A stretch of 62,758 nt of DNA from an uncultured Gammaproteobacteria bacterium (GCA_964352335.1 CAYGRO010000008.1:1-62758), one strand, 5' to 3'; positions 45,963 through 57,084 are shown, counted from the first letter of the stretch. The notes: generated from the sequence alone by a model not told the origin. Numbers and translations are program-made.

Positions 45963-46325
45963 ATGAAAAAGTCAAAACGAATTCATGGATTTTATTTACT
46001 TCTCTGGATTCTTTTTTTATTAATCATTTTTTGGTTTCTGCAAAACTATTTCCTTTTCTTAAACAACAACTTACTTGTTCTGCTTCTTCTCGCAAGTAAT
46101 AGTTCTACTTTTTTTCTCTACGGCCTAGATAAAATGCAAGCAATTACTTCAAAAACAAGAGTTCCAGAAATAATTCTTTATCTCACCGCATTATTGGGTG
46201 GTTCTCTCGGGGCGATTTTAGCAATGAAACTCTTTCGACATAAAACGATAAAGGCCTCTTTTCAGCTTGTTTTGAGTATTTTGATCCTTATTCAAGTATT
46301 TGTACTCGTCTACTTTTTGTCGTGA
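45963..46325 (+). CDS. DUF1294 family membrane protein
   Basis: The pattern YGLDKMQA..RVPEIILYLTALLGGSLGAILAMKLFRHKTIK matches DUF1294. Confidence 0.75.
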   Translation: MKKSKRIHGFYLLLWILFLLIIFWFLQNYFLFLNNNLLVLLLLASNSSTFFLYGLDKMQAITSKTRVPEIILYLTALLGGSLGAILAMKLFRHKTIKASFQLVLSILILIQVFVLVYFLS

Positions 46326-46388
46326 TTTTTTCTTAACAAAACCGTTAAGAAGAGTTATACTATCTTTGATACTCTTTATTTATTTCAG

Positions 46389-47294
46389 ATGAAACCCTCT
46401 TCTTTTTTTCGAAAATCAACTCTCAAAGGAATAGTAATTTCCCTCTTGTTTTTAGTTAATTGCTCATCACTTCACGCAGTCACATTGGAAGAGTTAAGCG
46501 GCTATTTTCTCCTTGGGGATGAAACACATTCAGAAGCTTGGTATGTAAACCCTGCTGATCAAACAAGTTACTATTTAGGGTCATTAGATACAGCCTTTTT
46601 AGAATTACCAACATATGCAATCGGAATTTCAAATTCAGATTTAGCTAAAATCCCCATTAATGGAAGTGAAGAAACTGGGGATATTGAATTTAAACAAGCA
46701 ATGGCAGGTAAACTTCTTTTACAAGTAGAAGCAAGCGGTGAGCTTTGGTATGTTTCTCCAACTACTTTCGAGCGCTTTTTTCTTGCAAATGCGGAGATGG
46801 CGGTTTCTGTTATTATCTCTGAAGGCGCTTATATCTCAATTCTTGATGATGACCAAACCATTGATTCTCCAAGTTCGATCCCTCTTGTGGATGAACTTAT
46901 TGATGTAAATGAAGATCCTATCGAAGATATGCCAGACTCTGAAAATGGTGGGATAAATCTATTTATCTCCATTTATGAAGAAGATGGAATAACAAAAAGA
47001 GGTTATGGAGAAATGGCATATGATAATCAAACATACGGATTACTCGTTATGTTTCCTGAAGTTAATTTAGCTTCCGACTTACTCTCTGTTTATAGAGGAT
47101 GGGTCATCAATGATGAAACAGGTGCCTATGTTTATACAGGAGAGCTTACTTATGACTCTGGATACTGGATAAATGATTTTGAGCAAGATGTGGATTTATC
47201 GAGCTATACTCACTATGTCCTTACAAAAGACCCAATTCTTGCTGTATCTCCTATAAATACAATCTATGAAGGGTATTTCGAACCTCTTTCATAA
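46389..47294 (+). CDS. hypothetical secreted protein
   Basis: 301-aa low-GC ORF with a signal peptide. No family recognised. Confidence 0.6.
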   Translation: MKPSSFFRKSTLKGIVISLLFLVNCSSLHAVTLEELSGYFLLGDETHSEAWYVNPADQTSYYLGSLDTAFLELPTYAIGISNSDLAKIPINGSEETGDIEFKQAMAGKLLLQVEASGELWYVSPTTFERFFLANAEMAVSVIISEGAYISILDDDQTIDSPSSIPLVDELIDVNEDPIEDMPDSENGGINLFISIYEEDGITKRGYGEMAYDNQTYGLLVMFPEVNLASDLLSVYRGWVINDETGAYVYTGELTYDSGYWINDFEQDVDLSSYTHYVLTKDPILAVSPINTIYEGYFEPLS

Positions 47295-47325
47295 TAAATA
47301 AAAAAAGGCTCAAATGAGTCTTTTT

Positions 47326-49119
47326 TTATTTGTTATTCTTTTTTAGGTTTGTCTTCTTTTTTAACTCTTTCTTCTTTTTTTTCTCATGTGATTGATTTTT
47401 ATCATCATCAATTTCATGAATTTTTTGTTCAATATATTCTTCTACGGCATCTAAATCTTTTTGAATTTTTAATGAGGATTTCTTTTTTGTTTTTGTATTC
47501 ATCGTTTCAACCTCATTATGAAGATCATCTCTTAATAAGTTAAATGCACGATGAATTCCAACGAGAGCTTGGTTTGAATCATCTCGAACTCGATGTTTGA
47601 ATGCTAAAAACCGAGCTAATAAATACCAAATGATGATAATAAAGAGTATCCAAGCAATCCCCATCATCATAACAAGTAATCTAAAATTACTCTGCCAAAA
47701 TTCAGTAAACCCAGTTGGCATAACATGAATAGACACTATTTCAGATTCTGCGCTTAATGCTCCCCTTTGGTCCTGTGCTTGTAGCCAAATAGAATAATCT
47801 CCTGCACGCATTCCTTGGTCAGAAATGAAGGTTAAATTCCCTTCTCTATCACTTCTTGTAATCCAACGAATAGATGCCGTCCCTGATTCTTGCACCCAAA
47901 TGAAAATTGTTGCATTTGGAAATGCTTTTGCTTGTAGATAAAATGGCTCTCCTGATTCTAATTCTTCATGATAATCAATAATCTCAGGAGCTGGTAGAGA
48001 TTCAATCGTAAATTCCTTTGAGAGCAAAGATTTATTCCCCGCATAATCGATTGCCTCTAATTGCCCTATCAATTCTCCAGTAGTTAATGCTGGCGTTTCA
48101 TAATAGGAGCTTGTCTTACTTGCATTCCACTCTATAGGTTCTTGTCCATCGATTGAAAGTCGATAGAGTTGCACCCCAGAGGTTTTATCATTTGCAGAGA
48201 GATCAAACTTTACCCGCGGATTAGATAAATCATCAGATTGTATGATTTCTGCACGAAATTCCTGTGGAGCTTCTGTATCTACTCGGATTGCAAAGTGAGA
48301 AACTTCTCCCCACCCTGATTGATTTCTTAATTTTACATGAATGTACCAAATGCCATCAGTCAATGTTTTTTCTGCAGACGTGACTTCCCCTAAATTTGTA
48401 TTCGGTGGATTTGTAAATGGATCTTGGTCGATGAGATAACTTACTCCAGTAATACTGATTGGCAATGCCCAAGCTATTTTTGCTTCTGGTATTGCATACC
48501 ATTGTGTTTGATCTGGGTGTGTTATTGATGAAATAACTGGTGCATTTGGGGCAGAAGCTTGTGGTACAGGTTTTTCTTGTTCAGGAGCATTTGGTTCGGT
48601 AATTTCTGGAGGAGAAGTTCCAATAATCGTAAAATTAGCCCCACCAAGCCCAGATAAAATACTTGTCCCTTTTCCGTCATTGGCTAGAATACTTCCCGAT
48701 AAAAAGTTCACAGGAGCAGTTCCTGAGGATTTCGCTCTAAAATTAATGGTAATAACATTACCTGAAGCCGCCTGAAACCCAGGATTAAGAATAACCCCCT
48801 CAAATTGTATTGAGCCTGTTGCATTAGAGAAACTAGGTTCTCTCACCCATATTTGGATAATAGACCCACCGCGACTAATGCTTGTTACTTCTAATAAGTC
48901 AGTCGGAAAAGCAATAGTTCCACTTATCGCATTCATTGCTTGGTCGGGACTAGAAACGGAAACAGCAACAGCAAATGATTCTCCCGCATTAAATGTGCCT
49001 GAATTTGGAAAAAGATTTATGGAAGCTGCAAAAGTAAAAAAAGCAAATAAAAAGGAAGCAACAATTAAGATACTTGCCTTGAAAAAAGTACGGATTGAAA
49101 TGAATTTAGACATCCTCAT
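47326..49119 (-). CDS. cohesin-like domain surface protein with C-terminal TM anchor and Lys-rich tail
   Basis: Signal peptide, then NLFPNSGTFNAGESFAVAVSVSS..AISGTIAFPTDLLEV..IQFEGVILNPG (cohesin-like), beta-sandwich repeats, a TM helix and a KKKKELKKK tail. Confidence 0.75.
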   Translation of the reverse strand: MRMSKFISIRTFFKASILIVASFLFAFFTFAASINLFPNSGTFNAGESFAVAVSVSSPDQAMNAISGTIAFPTDLLEVTSISRGGSIIQIWVREPSFSNATGSIQFEGVILNPGFQAASGNVITINFRAKSSGTAPVNFLSGSILANDGKGTSILSGLGGANFTIIGTSPPEITEPNAPEQEKPVPQASAPNAPVISSITHPDQTQWYAIPEAKIAWALPISITGVSYLIDQDPFTNPPNTNLGEVTSAEKTLTDGIWYIHVKLRNQSGWGEVSHFAIRVDTEAPQEFRAEIIQSDDLSNPRVKFDLSANDKTSGVQLYRLSIDGQEPIEWNASKTSSYYETPALTTGELIGQLEAIDYAGNKSLLSKEFTIESLPAPEIIDYHEELESGEPFYLQAKAFPNATIFIWVQESGTASIRWITRSDREGNLTFISDQGMRAGDYSIWLQAQDQRGALSAESEIVSIHVMPTGFTEFWQSNFRLLVMMMGIAWILFIIIIWYLLARFLAFKHRVRDDSNQALVGIHRAFNLLRDDLHNEVETMNTKTKKKSSLKIQKDLDAVEEYIEQKIHEIDDDKNQSHEKKKKKELKKKTNLKKNNK

Positions 49120-49129
49120 TACTTAATTT

Positions 49130-50089
49130 TTATTCTTGTTTTTTCGGTATTTTGTATAAATGTGCATGTTGCCATAAGACGAGCAAAAGCACTGCTAAAA
49201 CGATTAAAACTGTTAATATTATACCCCATATTGCTTTTTCTGAATAGTGACCAAGTGGGTGCTGAGCTGGAAGTTGCACAATTCTTTCATTCCCAACTTT
49301 ATCAACAGCTTTGATATAAATATTTTTAGAAAGTGTTTGATCTTGTAATAAATGAGGGCTTACTACTTGGCTCCACTCTAGCTCTTCATTTGTATTTTTT
49401 GGGTCTACTTGCGTATCTGATTCATAGAGCTCGTAATGTGATACACCAACCCCTTTATCTTGAGTAGAGAAAACAATTGTTTTTTGTCCATTATTGAGAT
49501 TTGGGTCTTGAGTCAATATTGGAATGAAAATTTCTGGTGGTTCTGTATCATTTGCTTGAAGTACTTGTCGATTATCGTCATTAGAAGCGATACTTGTGAT
49601 TGTAAAGTTAAATGGCACATAATTTACATCAGCGGGAGTACCTAGGCCATCATGCAAAAGAACATGCATATTTTCCATCGTAATTTTACCTAAAAATGGA
49701 GATGCTGACTGCTTTCTAGAGGTATCATCTTTAATTTGGCCAATAAGCGAAAAGAGAAATGCTTTATTTCCTTCATACCCACCAGGGAAAATCCCAGCAA
49801 AACGAATACTATTATTTGATAATTGTTTAGGTGGTTCTACCCAAAAACTCACATAAGATCCACCCGTTCTAATATCTATAATAGAAACCAGCTCTTTTGG
49901 CAATCCAATCTCTCCATCAAATGCGTTTATAACCTCGTCGATACTATCAAGATAAACATCTAATTGAAAAAATCCTTTGGATGTAAAGGTTTGCGTATCT
50001 GTCTTCACATAATATCGAGCAGCAAAAGTAGGCTGAACGAAAAACAGAAAGAGAATGATACTTGTAAAAACAGTTTTAAAATAATTCAT
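49130..50089 (-). CDS. cohesin-like domain protein with C-terminal TM anchor
   Basis: Signal peptide, FQLDVYLDS..INAFDGEIGLPKELVSI..IRFAGIFPGG (cohesin-like) and a C-terminal TM helix. Confidence 0.7.
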   Translation of the reverse strand: MNYFKTVFTSIILFLFFVQPTFAARYYVKTDTQTFTSKGFFQLDVYLDSIDEVINAFDGEIGLPKELVSIIDIRTGGSYVSFWVEPPKQLSNNSIRFAGIFPGGYEGNKAFLFSLIGQIKDDTSRKQSASPFLGKITMENMHVLLHDGLGTPADVNYVPFNFTITSIASNDDNRQVLQANDTEPPEIFIPILTQDPNLNNGQKTIVFSTQDKGVGVSHYELYESDTQVDPKNTNEELEWSQVVSPHLLQDQTLSKNIYIKAVDKVGNERIVQLPAQHPLGHYSEKAIWGIILTVLIVLAVLLLVLWQHAHLYKIPKKQE

Positions 50090-50100
50090 AGATAACTTAA

Positions 50101-51114
50101 TTAACCAGTCCAGTAAAAAGCCATAATACTAAAATCTGTTAAATTAATTTGATTGTCTCCATTTAACCGTTCTGATTCTTTTGGTTCAAATTCTGCGCTT
50201 AACTCTTGCTCATACCAAAAAGCAGAAATAGAAAAGTCAATCAAGTTTACACGACAATCGCCATTTAAATCTGCATAAAAAGCACATCCGTCATCTGTCG
50301 TATTCAGCGTATCATCATTTCCAATGTCAAATGTAATTGTAGTACTATAGGTACTTACTCTTCCCTCATGAGTTGTTCTTGAATGGACTGAATATTTTCC
50401 TACAGCTAAAGGGGTGGTATCTAGTTGATAAGTATAAATCCCCTGAGTATTTGAGTTTGCGGTTACCGATAACTCCCTATTATCTGGAGTTTTTAGTATT
50501 AGTTCAACAATTGCATTTGGTGCCGTTTGTCCTGCTAATGATAGTAATTTCCCTTTTGCAACAATTAATTTATCAGAACGAATCGTTGGAGGAATGAATG
50601 CACCGGTTATATTGGTTAAAGCATCTTTTGTGATTTCAGTTGGAAATGTAACAAGGGTAGAACGAACAGTATTAATATCTTGAGAATAGAGAGAAAAGAC
50701 ATAATTCCCAGCACTTAAATCTTTTACATCAATGGTAAATTTACCCAATGCATTTGCTGGTATGGTAGAAACTATTTGCGAGTCTTTTAATAAAGTTACT
50801 TGTTGATTTGGATATCCTTGACCAGAAATAACAACATTTGTAATCGAAGTATCTCTTGGTCCAGGCCCTCCTACTCCACCCCCACCACCAGCAGGAGGAG
50901 CATTAAATTCATCTGTATCAGTGATAGAATCACAACCTGGATCATTTGGAAAATCGATTAAAGAATCTCCATCATTATCGACACCATCTGAACAAGCAAA
51001 GACTGAAATGATCTCTACTTGAAATTGAGAAGCTGGGGCAGCCAAAACAGTCTGCAATCCAAAAAACAATAGGAGAAATGAAAGAATGGCAATCGTGAAA
51101 AACCGAATATTCAT
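50101..51114 (-). CDS. secreted protein with C-terminal dockerin-like repeats
   Basis: Signal peptide, CSDGVDNDGDSLIDFPNDPGC, Ig-like repeats and two dockerin-type segments (DLNGDCRVNLIDFSISAFWY and LNGDNQINLTDFSIMAFYW). Confidence 0.7.
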   Translation of the reverse strand: MNIRFFTIAILSFLLLFFGLQTVLAAPASQFQVEIISVFACSDGVDNDGDSLIDFPNDPGCDSITDTDEFNAPPAGGGGGVGGPGPRDTSITNVVISGQGYPNQQVTLLKDSQIVSTIPANALGKFTIDVKDLSAGNYVFSLYSQDINTVRSTLVTFPTEITKDALTNITGAFIPPTIRSDKLIVAKGKLLSLAGQTAPNAIVELILKTPDNRELSVTANSNTQGIYTYQLDTTPLAVGKYSVHSRTTHEGRVSTYSTTITFDIGNDDTLNTTDDGCAFYADLNGDCRVNLIDFSISAFWYEQELSAEFEPKESERLNGDNQINLTDFSIMAFYWTG

Positions 51115-51238
51115 AAATACGTTGAACCCAGAAAATAAGAACTATTCTACACAATTCTTATACTTATAATAGCAAATGATTATTAAATCGTCATTTAGTT
51201 TTTTCTCATTGTTTGTTTATCTCTCTTCCTTTGAAAAA

Positions 51239-54200
51239 CTAGATCGCAACAATTGTTAACATCATATCGATCGCATAGGTATCAGAAACTTGCTCAGCAG
51301 GAATTGTTTGAGAAACATCAATATTTAAGATATCAAAATCACAGTCTGTTTCTGCACTCCCATTAGCAGAAGCCAAAGTGATTACATCTGTTATCCCCTC
51401 AGAATATGCAGAACTACTTCCCAATGATATTCCCGTATTAGAACAGATACCTTGAGCAACAATATTTCCAACTGTAGGGTTTATAGATAATTGCCCCCCT
51501 AAATTATCTAAATCAGCTCCGTCATTTGCATTTGCTGTAGGATCATTAAAATCAAAATCTGCTAGTCCGCCATCCCAGAAAGAAGTCGTTCCACTCAAAG
51601 CAGCGAGAGATAAAGACCATTGAGGGTTTGAGGTTGTATTTGTTACTCGAATACGTTCGATAAGTGTGCTTAGTGTTCCAATACTTGTTGTATCAGCAAA
51701 ACTGACTGAGATTGGAGAAAAAATAACAGCAGGATTCGCAACTGAGTTGCCACCACCATTTACAATATCAACGCTTAGCGAACCTGGATTTGTCGATATT
51801 TCAGGTAGTATTGTATAGTTGTCGAGTACAGAACCGGTTGATTGTACAGCTCTTAAACAGTATGTCTTATTACTGGGAGAATTATCTATCAAAGAAAAAT
51901 CCCAAAGACCATTTTGACCAGCAACTATTGTAGATTGATTATTTGAAAAATTATTGCTTTCTTCATATGATTGCGGAATCTGTGTTGAACTTGTTACCGG
52001 GTCGTTTAAATTGGGAGTTAACGCGTCTCCATCTGAAGGGGTTGTATTTGGATTAAATGCAATTTCTGTTGCACCTGTTACATCTACATAACTTTCTCCA
52101 ACAAATGAATTATCACAAGTACCAACACGCTCAGCAACCTGCAATTTTAATGTCTGAGTATTAATACTTGCATCTCGATTTAAAAAATCTATGACTAAAC
52201 GTAAACGAAACTCCTCTCCAACAACACTAAGCGTTGCAGGAGTATCTTGAGCAGCAAGCGGTGTACCAACATCAGTTGAATCAACATTTCCATAAAATCG
52301 GTATGTAGATTGTACAAGTTCTGTAGGGGCAATTGGCCACTCAACAACCTCGGTTCGATATGTCCTTGTCTGACCAGTATCGCTAATAAATAATTGGTAC
52401 TGCGTAGTAGAAATTAACTGAACCCCCATGATTGGACGAGGATAGGCTGTCCCACCACCAGTAGAACGATTATTGGTAAAAATAGAGCTATTCGATAAAC
52501 TAGAAATAGTTTGACCAATATTTACATTAACCGTAGATGGTTCTGCCCCACCAGATTGAGTCCCATTTGATCGTATAACATTCATCGTTGTTCCAGTTGT
52601 TTGTGTATTTTCGATCACCCAAGCGACTGAAGTATGTAAACTTGGAGTTGTTGCTCCAGATTGAATTTGATATGTAATTGTAGATGTATTGGAAAGATAG
52701 ACCTCGTGACCAAATTCATCTAATCCCTGTTGATCACTCCCAGCACGTTTTTGTACATGTAAAAAAGCACGAGATAAATCATTTACTGGAGTAATGGATT
52801 CTGTTTCATTTGTACCAGCAGAAGAATATGTATGCTCTGATCTTTGTATAAGCCAGTTTTCCCCAACAAACTCAACAACAGCCCAACTGACTATTGCCGC
52901 ATCACCACTAGACTCGCCTCTCGTAAAATCAATCTCATCATTTGCAAAATCCCATACGGCTGTAGATAAACCTGTATTATAGTCTGTTTGCCCTGTATCA
53001 GGCGTAGCTTGTCCAGTGATAAAAGGGACGATATCACCATCTGAAACAACCCCACCTATTGCACCAGTAGAAACCGTTGTATTAGCAGTACCATATGTTG
53101 ATATCCCCACATCATGAACAATTAACTCATTTGGGCCACCACTTACACCTACGTATTCAATAACTTCCCAAACCACAAATGAAGAGCCTGTAGCAGTAGA
53201 CGCTCTGCATAACTGAAAACTTGAAGTGAGATTCGTAGCAGCATTTACATAAATCATTACGTCATCAGATGCTTGAACTCCCCCTCCAGTATTATTTCCA
53301 GCTCCTGTATGATGTGTATTTGTTATTCGAACAAATGCACGTGAATCAGCTGAAGGAGAATCATAATCTGTTCCTGCTGTAAGCGTTGTACAAACTCCCG
53401 TCAATTGATTTGTTCCACGCTGAATTCGAAAATCATTGGCAAAACCAAAACGAGACTCTTCTGCAGATACGCTTGTTGTCGGTTCTGGGTCAGTATATCG
53501 ACGGATAAGAATGTTTCGGATGCGTGCTGCATCTTGTGCAACAATAACCCCCCATTCCCCAGAAGCTTCAACATCAGTACCAGCACCATCTGTCCCTGAT
53601 TTTGTTATTGCTTGAGAAGGATAACCTATTGGCCCCATGGTAGCAGAAACATCATTATCCCAATAACGTCCATTTGTTGAATTTACCCCCCAAATAGCCA
53701 AAGCTTGTTTTCTCCATTGATTTCCTGCTATAGCTGTCGCCCCCGCTCCATCTGGAGTGTCCATTACTGTTGTTGTTCTTCCCCCTCTGACAATTGAAAT
53801 GTCTTCTGCATATCCTGCATCAGGTTCAAATGGACTATCTGCTCTATTTGTTGCATAGTAATTATTCGAAGACTCCGTTGCTCCTGAACCAGAATCAAGT
53901 GTATATCTTCCTAATACCCCTGATGACATATCATTTGGATAAGCATCTAAATGAAAAAATTCCATTTCAATATAGGCATCACGCTCAGATGCCGAAGCCG
54001 AAGGAATTCTCATTGAATTAGTCACATTATCATTTGTATCGTATTCATAAAAATCAAAAAAACCATTATATGTAAAACTATCTGTACCACCAGTTCCGTG
54101 CCACTCATCTCCTCTCCCAAGAGTATAAGATGAAAGCCTATCAGATGTAGCATCATCATACCAAAGATAGACATTTGAAAGATCTGCTAGTGTTGTATTG

Positions 54201-54628
54201 ATCGTTGAGTTTCCATAGTAAACATAATAGTTATCGTCTATCGAAGAATCTGCTATTGCAGCTTGCAATTGAAAACGAATATCAGAGCTTGCATTATTAC
54301 AGTTAATAATATGTCGATCCAATTCGACCCAAACCGAACCACTCCAATACACCATACGTAAATCATCACAATCAGTTTGCATTTTTGTCGCAGATATTAA
54401 AGAAGCTGTATCAAATAGCACTCTTGCAGTATAACCATTATACCCATTGAAAGGAGCATTCGCGCCAGTTGTTACGGTTAATCTGTTTCTGTATAGATAT
54501 GCTTCATTCCACCAATTTCCAGAAGGAGCGATTGCCTGAAGGTAATCAGACTTTGTTTCTACACGAAAAATACTTGTAAGAACAAGTATTAAAATGATCA
54601 ATAGAAATATACCTTTTTGACGATTCAT
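51239..54628 (-). CDS. giant surface protein: DUF2341-like N-terminus plus WxL-like C-terminal module
   Basis: 1129-aa ORF. The N-terminus WWNEAYLYRNRLTV..DCDDLRMVYW is DUF2341-like. The C-terminal 190 aa or so (RIRVTNTTSNPQWSLSLAA ... SQTIPAEQ..YAIDMMLTIVAI) are shared with 54632-57010 and 58345-59052. Confidence 0.8.
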   Translation of the reverse strand: MNRQKGIFLLIILILVLTSIFRVETKSDYLQAIAPSGNWWNEAYLYRNRLTVTTGANAPFNGYNGYTARVLFDTASLISATKMQTDCDDLRMVYWSGSVWVELDRHIINCNNASSDIRFQLQAAIADSSIDDNYYVYYGNSTINTTLADLSNVYLWYDDATSDRLSSYTLGRGDEWHGTGGTDSFTYNGFFDFYEYDTNDNVTNSMRIPSASASERDAYIEMEFFHLDAYPNDMSSGVLGRYTLDSGSGATESSNNYYATNRADSPFEPDAGYAEDISIVRGGRTTTVMDTPDGAGATAIAGNQWRKQALAIWGVNSTNGRYWDNDVSATMGPIGYPSQAITKSGTDGAGTDVEASGEWGVIVAQDAARIRNILIRRYTDPEPTTSVSAEESRFGFANDFRIQRGTNQLTGVCTTLTAGTDYDSPSADSRAFVRITNTHHTGAGNNTGGGVQASDDVMIYVNAATNLTSSFQLCRASTATGSSFVVWEVIEYVGVSGGPNELIVHDVGISTYGTANTTVSTGAIGGVVSDGDIVPFITGQATPDTGQTDYNTGLSTAVWDFANDEIDFTRGESSGDAAIVSWAVVEFVGENWLIQRSEHTYSSAGTNETESITPVNDLSRAFLHVQKRAGSDQQGLDEFGHEVYLSNTSTITYQIQSGATTPSLHTSVAWVIENTQTTGTTMNVIRSNGTQSGGAEPSTVNVNIGQTISSLSNSSIFTNNRSTGGGTAYPRPIMGVQLISTTQYQLFISDTGQTRTYRTEVVEWPIAPTELVQSTYRFYGNVDSTDVGTPLAAQDTPATLSVVGEEFRLRLVIDFLNRDASINTQTLKLQVAERVGTCDNSFVGESYVDVTGATEIAFNPNTTPSDGDALTPNLNDPVTSSTQIPQSYEESNNFSNNQSTIVAGQNGLWDFSLIDNSPSNKTYCLRAVQSTGSVLDNYTILPEISTNPGSLSVDIVNGGGNSVANPAVIFSPISVSFADTTSIGTLSTLIERIRVTNTTSNPQWSLSLAALSGTTSFWDGGLADFDFNDPTANANDGADLDNLGGQLSINPTVGNIVAQGICSNTGISLGSSSAYSEGITDVITLASANGSAETDCDFDILNIDVSQTIPAEQVSDTYAIDMMLTIVAI

Positions 54629-54631
54629 CTA

Positions 54632-57010
54632 TTAAACAGCGACAATTGTTAATGTCATATCAATATTATAGTCACTAGCAGCAGGTTGCTCTAATGGAAT
54701 TGTTTGACTCATATCAAGATCTGTAAAATCCCAAAAACAATTGGTATCTGCCGAACCGGTTGATGAGCTTAATGTAATAGAATCGATTACTGCCTCTGAA
54801 AAGGCCCCAGAAGATCCTAGTGACACTCCTGTGGTGGTACAACCTCCTTCTGGTGTTATTGTTCCACCAGATGGGTCAATGGTTAATTGCCCACCAACAG
54901 AATCTGTATCTCCCCCATCGCCTGCACTAGCAGTCGGGTCATTATAATCAAAATCTGTAGAAGTACTATCCCAAAGTGTTGTGTTTCCACTAGTGGCCGC
55001 AATAGTTAATGACCATTGAGGATTTACCGTTGTATTTGTGACTCGAATACGTTCAGCAGAAATACCCAATATTCCTGTTGTTGTTTGATCTGCAAAATCA
55101 AAACTGATTGGTGTGAATTGAACAACAGGACTAGCAACCGTGCTTCCTCCTGAATCAACAATATCAACCGACAAATAACCTGCAGTTGTTACTTCAGGTA
55201 TTTGAGAATAATTATCTAATAAAGTTCCATCTGCCTCTACAACTCGAAGACAATAATACTCGCCAAAATCGGTTGTATCTTGTAAAGAAAAATCCCAAAG
55301 ACCATCTTGACCAGCAGCAATCGTGGCAACTGTATTTGTAAAATTATTCGCCTCTTCATAGTCTTGATTAATAATCGTATTCGCAGAAGTAGGGTCATTT
55401 GCATTTGCTGTTAAATTATCACCATCTGCAGGTGTACCATTAAAATAAGCTATTGGTGTTGCACCGGTGACATCAGCATATGTTTCTCCTGTAAAACTAG
55501 TGTCGCATGTACCTGAACGAACAGCATATTGCAATTTAAAGTTTTCTAATCCAATTGGCACACTAGACTCTGTTACCCCAATGAGAAGCCTTAAGCGGAA
55601 AGTTTGCCCTATAGAAGTCAATAAAGGTGGGGTATTTTGAGCTGCTAATGGTGTCCCAACATTGGTAGAAGCAGCTGTTGTGTACATGCGCCAGTTACTT
55701 TGTGTATATTCAGGGCTTTGAATTTGAGAAAAATCAATGCCTTGTATCCAGGCAGCAAGAGTATCTCCTGAACGTCTTCTTTCTAATCGAATATTCGTCG
55801 CGCTTGTATATCTTGCAGAAAATATCGGACGAGGAAATGAATTAACTGTCGTCCCAGATGTATTAAATGACAATGCCATTCTTGGGCTTGTAGCAGAGTC
55901 AACCGTTTGATCTATTGTTAAGCTCGCATTATTCCCATCTGCTAAAAAACGATAATCTACAGCCAAATCTGGATGAGTTAATGCATACACCTGAAAATCT
56001 TTATCATCAGTAAACTCACTTCCTACAGCAACGGTAGATTCATTTGCATTTTGTGTAACACCATTACCAAGCGTCACAACAACCCCTTCTGAACCATCTC
56101 CCACACCATTATCTTCAGACGTTCCTGTCCCCCACACCCAAGTATTAGCTCGTGCAACTGAAGTTATTGCGACTGTGTCATATTCGCCCGCTGAATTGAT
56201 TCCATTTCCTCCATTATTCCCTGCTAGATTAACTCTCTGCACCCCCCATGCTGCCCCCCATTGAACAGCCATAACAGTACTAACAGCACCTTGCACGGCA
56301 ATCGAAGTATTATCTCTCGTCCAAGAAATGGTATTCGTAGAAGATGGTATATATTTTACCCAACAACTATTATGCCTTCCTGTTTGTGAAGCAACCGTCT
56401 CACAACCAGCTCCATTAAACCCACCCATGAGCATGACTTTAGATAAATTTGTCCATGCTACTCCCGTAGTATCACTTCCGGAAATACTGTTGCCAGTATG
56501 GGTGAGATTAACAACATCTATCAATTGAAACCCTGAATTTGTGCAATCAAGTAAACATTCAACAACAGTAACAACTCCATACCATTCATTGTTATTATTA
56601 TCACGAGAGAAATCTAATTCATCAGTTGCCCCTGATGTAGCTAAATCACCAGTACCAAATGGGTCACCAACAAGTCTCATATAGTTTTCATCAGGCCCCC
56701 TGTTTCCTCCCGTACCAGTTCCTGCGCCGTCACTCCCACGAACCATGACAAAATAGTTTGCAACCAAATCTTGGCCCAATGTCAATGTATACGTTGTCCC
56801 TGTAAAATCGGCACTTCCATCATCATCTAAAAAATACTCTGTTATGCGAAATGTTTGTTGTGAATCTGCAAGGGCAGTATCAATATTTGGAGAATAAAAA
56901 GAAGGTAAGTGAAGATTATATACTGTGATATCAGAAAACGCCCCTGCGATTAAGGCAAAGACAATAAACACAAAAAAAACATTGCGAAAAAAAGTTTGTT
57001 TCATTTTCAA
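54632..57010 (-). CDS. large surface protein with WxL-like C-terminal module
   Basis: 792-aa ORF. The C-terminal 350 aa or so are paralogous to the 1129-aa neighbour (PQWSLTIAA ... SQTIPLEQPAASDYNIDMTLTIVAV). Confidence 0.8.
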   Translation of the reverse strand: MKMKQTFFRNVFFVFIVFALIAGAFSDITVYNLHLPSFYSPNIDTALADSQQTFRITEYFLDDDGSADFTGTTYTLTLGQDLVANYFVMVRGSDGAGTGTGGNRGPDENYMRLVGDPFGTGDLATSGATDELDFSRDNNNNEWYGVVTVVECLLDCTNSGFQLIDVVNLTHTGNSISGSDTTGVAWTNLSKVMLMGGFNGAGCETVASQTGRHNSCWVKYIPSSTNTISWTRDNTSIAVQGAVSTVMAVQWGAAWGVQRVNLAGNNGGNGINSAGEYDTVAITSVARANTWVWGTGTSEDNGVGDGSEGVVVTLGNGVTQNANESTVAVGSEFTDDKDFQVYALTHPDLAVDYRFLADGNNASLTIDQTVDSATSPRMALSFNTSGTTVNSFPRPIFSARYTSATNIRLERRRSGDTLAAWIQGIDFSQIQSPEYTQSNWRMYTTAASTNVGTPLAAQNTPPLLTSIGQTFRLRLLIGVTESSVPIGLENFKLQYAVRSGTCDTSFTGETYADVTGATPIAYFNGTPADGDNLTANANDPTSANTIINQDYEEANNFTNTVATIAAGQDGLWDFSLQDTTDFGEYYCLRVVEADGTLLDNYSQIPEVTTAGYLSVDIVDSGGSTVASPVVQFTPISFDFADQTTTGILGISAERIRVTNTTVNPQWSLTIAATSGNTTLWDSTSTDFDYNDPTASAGDGGDTDSVGGQLTIDPSGGTITPEGGCTTTGVSLGSSGAFSEAVIDSITLSSSTGSADTNCFWDFTDLDMSQTIPLEQPAASDYNIDMTLTIVAV

Positions 57011-57084
57011 GGACTTATTACTTCTGTATAGGGTAGTATATCAGGCTTAAATAAAGCTTGCATCTTATAAAAATGGGGGGGGCA

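Noticed and set aside
45751-45966. 71-aa plus-strand ORF
   Set aside because: It reads straight through tRNA-Ile(UAU).
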